From contig JASEGJ010000003.1 of assembly GCA_030018135.1 (NCBI GenBank), positions 7,633 to 71,632 on the forward strand: a stretch of DNA of 64,000 nt. Direction: 5' to 3'. This stretch comes from Candidatus Hodarchaeaceae archaeon. GTDB taxonomy: Archaea > Hadarchaeota > Hadarchaeia > Hadarchaeales > Hadarchaeaceae. Shown here in pieces: positions 58,123 through 64,000 of the stretch. Under the pieces are notes generated by a model. The model was given only the letters and a program-made list of their open reading frames with translations, was not told the origin of the DNA and made no database searches. Made by a program: the position numbers and the translations under genes. Each line of letters begins with the position of its first letter. The stretch's first letter is position 1.

Positions 58123-58802
58123 CTATAACCTTCCTTCATGATCTGACTGAGGATTTTGATCGGCTTTCCGGAGCAGGCGATGCTGCCGTTTATCAACACG
58201 TGCGCTTCATCCGCCTCTATGTAACGAAGGATGTGGCCCAGGTGGGTTATCAAAAGCCCAGATCTACCATCGAGGAAGCTGTTGATGGCCTTGCCGACTA
58301 TCTCTAGGTTTTCGACATCCACTCCCGAGTCGGGCTCGTCGAATATCGCGAGACCCGGTTCTTGTGCGAGCACCTGCAAGATCTCAGAGCGTTTTAGCTC
58401 CCCGCCGGAAAATCCAAGATTTAAATCCCTCCTCAAGAACTCCGTAGGGAGGTTTACGGATTCAGCTAGCTTCCAAGCGTCGACTTCGCCTTCGGTGAGT
58501 CGATTCAAGATATCGCCTAATTTTACACCCCTTATAGCGGGGGGATTTTGGAAGGCCACGCCGATCCCGAGCTCCACGCGCTCGTCGATGGGCATGCTCG
58601 TGATATTCACCCCTTTAAACAAGATCTCGCCTGAAACGACGCGGTAATTCGGAAAACCTAGGATCGACATTATTAACGATGTCTTTCCGGAGCCATTTGG
58701 GCCGAATAGGACATGGACCTCCCCTTCAGGTATCTCCAAATCGACATTTTCAAGTACCTTCTTTCCCGCGGTTTCGACTGTTAGGCCTTTTATCTTTAAC
58801 AA
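58083..58802 (-). CDS. sufC: Fe-S cluster assembly ATPase SufC
   Basis: Walker A GPNGSGKTSL; ABC signature LNLGFSGGELKRSE; Walker B AIFDEPDSG. Confidence 0.9.
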   Translation of the reverse strand: MLKIKGLTVETAGKKVLENVDLEIPEGEVHVLFGPNGSGKTSLIMSILGFPNYRVVSGEILFKGVNITSMPIDERVELGIGVAFQNPPAIRGVKLGDILNRLTEGEVDAWKLAESVNLPTEFLRRDLNLGFSGGELKRSEILQVLAQEPGLAIFDEPDSGVDVENLEIVGKAINSFLDGRSGLLITHLGHILRYIEADEAHVLINGSIACSGKPIKILSQIMKEGYRWCERCPEARKPR

Positions 58803-59037
58803 GGTGCACGACCTCGCGAATTAGCCCCTATCGCTAACATCAATGTGGGTTTTAAACTTAAGATTACCGCCTAACCCTGCACGCAGCAGCTATAGAACCG
58901 TCGGGGATGTGGCGCTCTTTCTCCCGCAACAGGCGCGCTGCATTCACGGGAGGGCATAAAAAATCTCAACTCAAGGGCGCTTACGGAATGGCATATGTGT
59001 TAGGGGAACCGCTAGAAAATGGTGAGCGGGACAATTC

Positions 59038-59388
59038 GTGAAGGGAGGAAAATTGAGGGTTCTGTTCGTTTGCGTGGAGAACGCCTGCTGGAGCCAGATG
59101 GCGGAGGCATTTTTCAACAAGATGTCAAGGGCGGCTAAGGCAAGCAACGCTGGCACCAAGCCAGCAATGGTGGTGAATCCTATAGCCGTTGAGGTGATGA
59201 AGGAGGTCGGGGTCGACATGAGCGATGCGAGGTCCAAATTGCTGACCCTCGAAATGCTCGAGGAAGCAGACAAGGTGATAACGATGGGCTGCTCCGTGGG
59301 GAGGTCTGCCCCGGGGCCACCGTTGAGGCCGAGGATTGGGCGTCGAGGACCAAGCTGGGAAATCGATCGAAAAATTCCGAGAAGTTAG
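59038..59388 (+). CDS. LMW-PTP/ArsC-fold protein, probably degenerate (P-loop Arg to Trp; C-terminus frameshifted)
   Basis: LFVCVENACWSQMAEA where the family has CxGNxCRS. The expected C-terminal helix (..KFREVRDLVEGKVKELPKKLEG) continues in the +1 frame to 59440. Confidence 0.45.
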   Translation: MKGGKLRVLFVCVENACWSQMAEAFFNKMSRAAKASNAGTKPAMVVNPIAVEVMKEVGVDMSDARSKLLTLEMLEEADKVITMGCSVGRSAPGPPLRPRIGRRGPSWEIDRKIPRS

Positions 59389-59448
59389 GGATCTGGTGGA
59401 GGGGAAAGTTAAGGAGTTGCCGAAAAAATTGGAAGGTTGATGTCTGAA

Positions 59449-60048
59449 TTACTTCTCCCGAACGGCGCTGAATCCCAGCTCGAATGCGCGCAGGTTAACC
59501 TCTTCGGTGCCCTTCGGCACGTTTTCCCGGATGACGCGCTTCAGGGATTCCGGTGATGTCGGTAGCTTGTCGACGCCCGCGAGCGCCCCGAGCATGACGA
59601 CGTTCATCGTCCGCACATTTCCCGCCTGCTGGGCGAGCGAGGTCGCGTCTATCGCGATGACCCTCCCGCCGAGCTTTTCCACGGCGCCCCTGATGGTCTC
59701 CATACTCGGGTACTCAGCCCTGCCCGTGTTGACGTCCACCGGCGTCCACGCTCGAGTATTCGTCAGCAATATACCACCCCCGGCGAGGTACTTTACAGCA
59801 TTCCTGAGCCCTTCGAGCGGCTCAAGCGCGAGCACGATTTCGGCGCCGCCCTCCGGCACAAGCGGGGTAGGGGCATCTTCGCCTATGCGCACATGGCTTG
59901 CAACCGCGCCGCCTCGCATCGCCGCGCCGAAGGTTTCGCCGACGCGAGCGCGCAACCCATCTCGGATCGCCGCCATTGCGACGAGGTGCGACGCCAGCAC
60001 GCTGCCTTGGCCGCCGACGCCGGCGATTATCAGGTTGAGCTCGGTCAT
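59449..60048 (-). CDS. iorB: Indolepyruvate:ferredoxin oxidoreductase subunit beta
   Basis: IIAGVGGQGSVLAS N-terminus; 199 aa. Confidence 0.85.
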   Translation of the reverse strand: MTELNLIIAGVGGQGSVLASHLVAMAAIRDGLRARVGETFGAAMRGGAVASHVRIGEDAPTPLVPEGGAEIVLALEPLEGLRNAVKYLAGGGILLTNTRAWTPVDVNTGRAEYPSMETIRGAVEKLGGRVIAIDATSLAQQAGNVRTMNVVMLGALAGVDKLPTSPESLKRVIRENVPKGTEEVNLRAFELGFSAVREK

Positions 60049-62016
60049 CTACTCAACCACGCTCAGGGCCCCGGTCGGGCAGACTTGGGCGCACATCCCG
60101 CAGCCGTTGCAGAGAAGAAAATCTATGCCCCCTTTGTTGTCCTTGTAGGTTATGGCGGGGCAGCCGAAGCTGACGCAAAGTCTGCAGCTAGTGCATTTTT
60201 CAGGGCTCACTACCATTTTTTTGCCAACGAATTTCTTCTCCCGCTGCGCCTGAAGCGTGCAGACCCGTCTAGCGACGACTACGGCGAAGCCCTCGTGCTT
60301 TAGCGCCTCCTCGATCGCAGCTTGAGTGGCTCCCAGGTCGAATGGGTCGGCGGTCCTGATGAAGTCCACGCCGCAGGCTTTAGCTACGTCCTCGATGCGG
60401 AGGGCCCTAACCCGCTCGCCGGTGGCCGTGATACCAGTGGCGGGATTTGGCTGGTGGCCCGTCATCGCCGTCCAGGAGTTGTCCATCACCAGGAAGACGC
60501 CCTTCGCTAGGTTGCAGACGGCATTTATCACCGCGGGTATGCAGGCGTGGAAGAAGGTGGAGTCGCCAGCCACCGCGACGATGGCGCCGTCTCTATAGCC
60601 TGCGTGAAACTCTCCCTGCATCAGCCCAACGCCTCCTCCCATGATATAGTTGGTATCAAGCGCCTCGTATGGCGACTCGATGGGATAGCGGACGGATTCG
60701 GTCGAGAAGCTTGGTTTTATCGCCTTCGCGAAAATCCCGTAGCCCCCCTGCTCGTAACAACCAATGTCGCCGTTGACTATGGGCACCCGACCGCCGAGCT
60801 TGCGAAGGGCCTGTTTGAGGGCCCAGTAGCTTCCTAGGTGCTGGCAGCCAGCGCACAGCGTCGATGAGCGGGGTGAGACGAGTTCGCCCACCTCGGCCTT
60901 GATGAACTCCCTCGCCCTATCCCTTCGCCGCCTAATACCTGCCAACTTTGCGAGGGCATTTGCGACGATGTCGGAGTTTATCTCCCCGACCGGAGGCAGC
61001 TCGCCCGTCAACTTGCCAGCAATTTTGACCCTTGGGTTCAGGTCCTTAGCGAGGGCTTTTACCTGAAATTCCACGAGGGGGTCGCCCTCCTCCACTACGA
61101 AGACGGTTTTGACGGCTTTCAGCAGGCGGCCCACCATCCGCTCTGGTAAGGGCGTCGGGGTTCCCACCTTGAGGAACGCCACCTTGCCCTCGAGCCCGAG
61201 TCTTCGAACGGCATCCCGAGCGTAGCTGGCGCCGAGCCCAGGAGCTATGATGCCGAGTTTGGGCTTTCCCTTCAGCTCAAGCTTGTTCCACGGCAACTTT
61301 TCAACTGCCCTTTTGGCGAGCGGCATGCGGGAGTGTAGCCACCGATGTTTCTCCACCGGACCTGGAGGCCCGTATACGTTCCAGCGGTAGGCCAGCTCGT
61401 AATGCTTGTCGAAGGCCGGCTTTCGGTCGAGCTTTTGAATCTTGCCGAGCTCGACATCGCCTGAGGCATGACTTAGTCGCGTTGCTGATCGGACCATCAC
61501 GGGTAGCTTGAGCTGTTCCGAGAGTTCGAAGGCGTAGCGGGTCATGTCCTTAGCTTCTTGCTGGTCAGCTGGCTCAAGGCAGGGGATCTCGCCGTAGAAT
61601 GCGGCGAAGCGCGTGTCCTGCTCGTTTGAGGAATAGTGGGCGTCAGGGTCATCCGCGACGGCGACGACGAAGCCGCCACGCACGCCCCCGTAGACGAGCG
61701 TCATGAACATGTCCATGACCCAATTCAAGCCCGCGTTTTTCATGGAGGTCAACGCTCGAATGCCGGTTATGGCTGCGCCCGCGGCGACCTCGAAGGCCAC
61801 CTTCTCATTGGTCGACCATTCGGCATGAAAGCCGAGCCTCGGCGCGGCGAGCGCGAGCGCCTCCATGATTTCCGACGCCGGTGTGCCGGGGTAGGAAGCC
61901 GCGACCCCTATGCCGGCTTCAATTGCCCCTCGAGCGATTGCCTCGTTGCCCATCAGCAGGACGCGTTTTCCCGGCGAGTCTTCAGCGATGGTTTCGGCAA
62001 TTCCCAAATCGATCAC
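60049..62016 (-). CDS. iorA: Indolepyruvate:ferredoxin oxidoreductase subunit alpha (TPP plus 2x[4Fe-4S])
   Basis: 655 aa. TPP-binding region; C-terminal CTSCRLCVSFGCP / CNGCGMCAQVCP. Confidence 0.85.
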   Translation of the reverse strand: MIDLGIAETIAEDSPGKRVLLMGNEAIARGAIEAGIGVAASYPGTPASEIMEALALAAPRLGFHAEWSTNEKVAFEVAAGAAITGIRALTSMKNAGLNWVMDMFMTLVYGGVRGGFVVAVADDPDAHYSSNEQDTRFAAFYGEIPCLEPADQQEAKDMTRYAFELSEQLKLPVMVRSATRLSHASGDVELGKIQKLDRKPAFDKHYELAYRWNVYGPPGPVEKHRWLHSRMPLAKRAVEKLPWNKLELKGKPKLGIIAPGLGASYARDAVRRLGLEGKVAFLKVGTPTPLPERMVGRLLKAVKTVFVVEEGDPLVEFQVKALAKDLNPRVKIAGKLTGELPPVGEINSDIVANALAKLAGIRRRRDRAREFIKAEVGELVSPRSSTLCAGCQHLGSYWALKQALRKLGGRVPIVNGDIGCYEQGGYGIFAKAIKPSFSTESVRYPIESPYEALDTNYIMGGGVGLMQGEFHAGYRDGAIVAVAGDSTFFHACIPAVINAVCNLAKGVFLVMDNSWTAMTGHQPNPATGITATGERVRALRIEDVAKACGVDFIRTADPFDLGATQAAIEEALKHEGFAVVVARRVCTLQAQREKKFVGKKMVVSPEKCTSCRLCVSFGCPAITYKDNKGGIDFLLCNGCGMCAQVCPTGALSVVE

Positions 62017-62049
62017 CTCGATCGTCGATTTCGTGAGGGGGCTGCTCGC

Positions 62050-63432
62050 TTAAAGGTTTTGCCCGCGAGTTTGGGACTTCCTCGACCTCGCATATTTGAC
62101 CAACGCTGCCAGCGTGCGCGCTGCGCGCACGGGGCTTGAATACACTGGCACCCGCATTTTTTGGAGCTTCGCCCGCTCCTCGATCTCCGCCCGTCCGCCG
62201 CCCAGCATCACCGGTATAAGCGTCCTGCCGCCGCCGAAATGCTTCGCGATGACATCCGCGATTCCGGGCATCGGGTCGCCGACTATCGCAATGACGGAGT
62301 GCACACCCGCGGCCGCCGACAATGCCGTGAGCACTTCATCGTACATCTGCGAGGTCGCGCTCCCGGTTAGGTCTAGTGGGTTGCGCAATATGCACTCGGG
62401 CGGTAGCTTGTCCTCGAGCGAGTGGCGAACGTTCGCCGGTAGCTCGACGACGTTCAAACCCAGCTCCTCGCAGGCATCAGTAGCCAAGATGCCCGAGCCA
62501 CCGGAGCTCGTCACGATGACGACGTCGTCTCCCTCGGGCAGGGGCAGGTGCGCGAATCCCTTGCAAACATCGTATAGCTCTTCAACGTCGAGAACGCGGA
62601 TCACGCCAGCCTGCTTGAATGCAACGTCGAAAATCACGTCCGAACCAGCCAGCGAGCGGGTGTGGGACAGGACGGCTTCCGCACCCTTGGCAGTCCGCCC
62701 GCCCTTGAGCACCACGACTGGCTTCCTGCGCGCGGCGGCACGCGAGGTCTCCATGAACCTCCTGCCATCGCGCACCCCCTCCATGTACAACGCGACCACC
62801 TTCGTCCGGGGGTCTTCGGCTAGGTACTCGAGCAGCTCGGTTTCATCCACATCGCACTTGTTTCCTAGCGCCACGAGCTTGCATATCCCAATCCCTTCGT
62901 CGGCGGCCCAGCACCCGAGCGCCGCGCCGATCGTGCCGCTCTGTGAGACTATGGAGATCGGCCCTTGAACCTTGACCAACGGCCAGCTCGCGCATAGTCC
63001 AACGAAGGTGCTGTTGACGCCTTGGCAGTTTGGCCCGATGATGCGGATGCCCGCTCGTTTTGCGATTTCGAGCGTTTGGCGCTCGAGTTCCTCGCCTGGT
63101 GCGCCAGACTCCCTGAAGCCGCCCGAGATGATAGCCGCGGCGGGCACGCCCTTGGCGGCGCAGTCGGTCATGACCGATGGCACGAAGCGCGCGGGCACGA
63201 TGATGACCGCAAGCTCGATGTCATCTTGCACATCCTTCACGGAAGGGTAGCACTTGAGCCCCAGGATCTCGTCGGCTTTGGGGTTGATCGGGTAAAGCTT
63301 ACCCTTAAAGCCGGCCTCGATGATATTGCGCAGGATTTCATACCCGAGCTTGCCCGGCTCCCGTGACGCCCCCACGACCGCGACGCTCGATGGCTCGAAA
63401 AAGCTGCTCAGCGCCATCAGACCACCGGCCAT
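62050..63432 (-). CDS. ADP-forming acetyl-CoA (acyl-CoA) synthetase alpha subunit
   Basis: CoA-binding N-terminus SVAVVGAS...; succinyl-CoA-synthetase-like alpha domain; 460 aa. Confidence 0.85.
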   Translation of the reverse strand: MAGGLMALSSFFEPSSVAVVGASREPGKLGYEILRNIIEAGFKGKLYPINPKADEILGLKCYPSVKDVQDDIELAVIIVPARFVPSVMTDCAAKGVPAAAIISGGFRESGAPGEELERQTLEIAKRAGIRIIGPNCQGVNSTFVGLCASWPLVKVQGPISIVSQSGTIGAALGCWAADEGIGICKLVALGNKCDVDETELLEYLAEDPRTKVVALYMEGVRDGRRFMETSRAAARRKPVVVLKGGRTAKGAEAVLSHTRSLAGSDVIFDVAFKQAGVIRVLDVEELYDVCKGFAHLPLPEGDDVVIVTSSGGSGILATDACEELGLNVVELPANVRHSLEDKLPPECILRNPLDLTGSATSQMYDEVLTALSAAAGVHSVIAIVGDPMPGIADVIAKHFGGGRTLIPVMLGGGRAEIEERAKLQKMRVPVYSSPVRAARTLAALVKYARSRKSQTRGQNL

Positions 63433-64000
63433 CTAGGTCCGATGTTCAACCCCAGTCGCTCGTCGACCTTGAGGCCGAGTTCCTGCGCGAGTGCTACGAC
63501 CTCCGCTTCATCGATGGTCTTGACCTCGCGCTCCCGCATGACGATCTCGCCATCGACGATGACGGTGTCGACATCGCCGCCGTTTGCGGCGTAGACCAAG
63601 TTTGAGACCGGATTGCGCACTGGCACGAGGTGGGGTTTTCGCCGATCTAGGACGATCACATCCGCCAGCTTGCCCGGTTCGAGCGAGCCCAACCGGTCGC
63701 CCCAGAGCGTCGCACGGGCGCCATTTACGGTGGCCATCTCCAGGACCGCTTCGGCGGGCAGGACCTCCGGGTCCAGCAGCCAGCCCTTGTGGACGATCGC
63801 GGCGAGCTTCATCTCCCGCATCATGTCGTAGCAGTTGTTGCTCGGTCCGCCGTCGCAACCGAGCGCCACGTTGACGCGCGATTTGAGCATCTCCGGCACC
63901 GGCGCGATGCCGGATGCCAGCTTTAAGTTGCTCGCCGGGCAGTGGCAAACGGTTCCGCCAGTCTCGCGCAGCCTCGCGAAGTCCTCCTCCGGGAGCCAGA
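63417..64000 (-). CDS. Amidohydrolase-superfamily deaminase (MtaD/SAH-deaminase-like), C-terminal part; gene continues past window end
   Basis: In-frame continuation upstream reads ..VCHCPASNLKLASGIAPVPEMLKSRVNVALGCDGG (HxPxSN and D-G motifs of TIM-barrel amidohydrolases). Confidence 0.7.
   Translation of the reverse strand, partial: WLPEEDFARLRETGGTVCHCPASNLKLASGIAPVPEMLKSRVNVALGCDGGPSNNCYDMMREMKLAAIVHKGWLLDPEVLPAEAVLEMATVNGARATLWGDRLGSLEPGKLADVIVLDRRKPHLVPVRNPVSNLVYAANGGDVDTVIVDGEIVMREREVKTIDEAEVVALAQELGLKVDERLGLNIGPRWPVV

Noticed and set aside
1-64000. CRISPR arrays, rRNA genes, tRNA genes
   Set aside because: No direct-repeat/spacer periodicity, no rRNA-like conserved stretches and no cloverleaf candidates were seen in any intergenic gap. 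All long gaps are AT-rich promoter-like sequence.

Overview
Archaeal chromosomal segment, GC-rich (roughly high-50s % by eye) with a few AT-rich patches. Archaeal markers: A1A0-type ATP synthase genes, tRNA-splicing endonuclease EndA, Tfx, ribosomal protein L41e, aldehyde:ferredoxin oxidoreductase (AOR), indolepyruvate:ferredoxin oxidoreductase (IOR), ADP-forming acetyl-CoA synthetase, F420-dependent NADP reductase-like gene. Gene density is high and mostly housekeeping. Contents in order: (i) ATP synthase split into atpHIKEC(F) on the minus strand and atpAB on the plus strand, diverging from one intergenic region, with no atpD after atpB. (ii) endA-trpS operon; the TrpRS carries a C-terminal 4-Cys motif. 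(iii) Two adjacent radical-SAM genes (one SPASM-type, one AmmeMemoRadiSam-type), carbamate kinase, an IS5-like transposase remnant, and two cation antiporters. (iv) An iron/metal-cofactor neighbourhood (17.9-37.7 kb): HemW/HemN-like radical SAM, feoA-feoB-dtxR behind a perfect 20-bp palindrome, then the most unusual part of the window, a compact operon of DUF134 regulator, MBL hydrolase, two Trp/Tyr/Pro-rich small proteins, three NifX/NafY-like (Nitro_FeMo-Co) domains in two genes, two MinD-type ATPases with ferredoxin inserts and a zinc-ribbon peptide. This is followed by a DUF89 gene in an AT-rich patch, Mrp/ApbC, DUF364, thioredoxin, AhpD-like, a frameshifted DUF1847 gene, two more radical SAM enzymes and a frameshifted fourth NifX-like gene. 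(v) RNA and translation housekeeping (prs, tRNA m2G10 methyltransferase, RNase Z, JAMM, HemK-like methyltransferase, an unannotated L41e gene). (vi) A complete argGHCJBDF operon with a terminal wHTH regulator; argG is compositionally AT-rich unlike the rest. (vii) A ferredoxin-AOR-MoaD module whose MoaD overlaps an ArsR gene convergently, sufCB, a degenerate ArsC/LMW-PTP-like gene, and an acs-alpha/iorA/iorB operon. No rRNA, tRNA or CRISPR array was recognisable by eye. Several frameshifted genes are either true pseudogenes or local sequencing errors.
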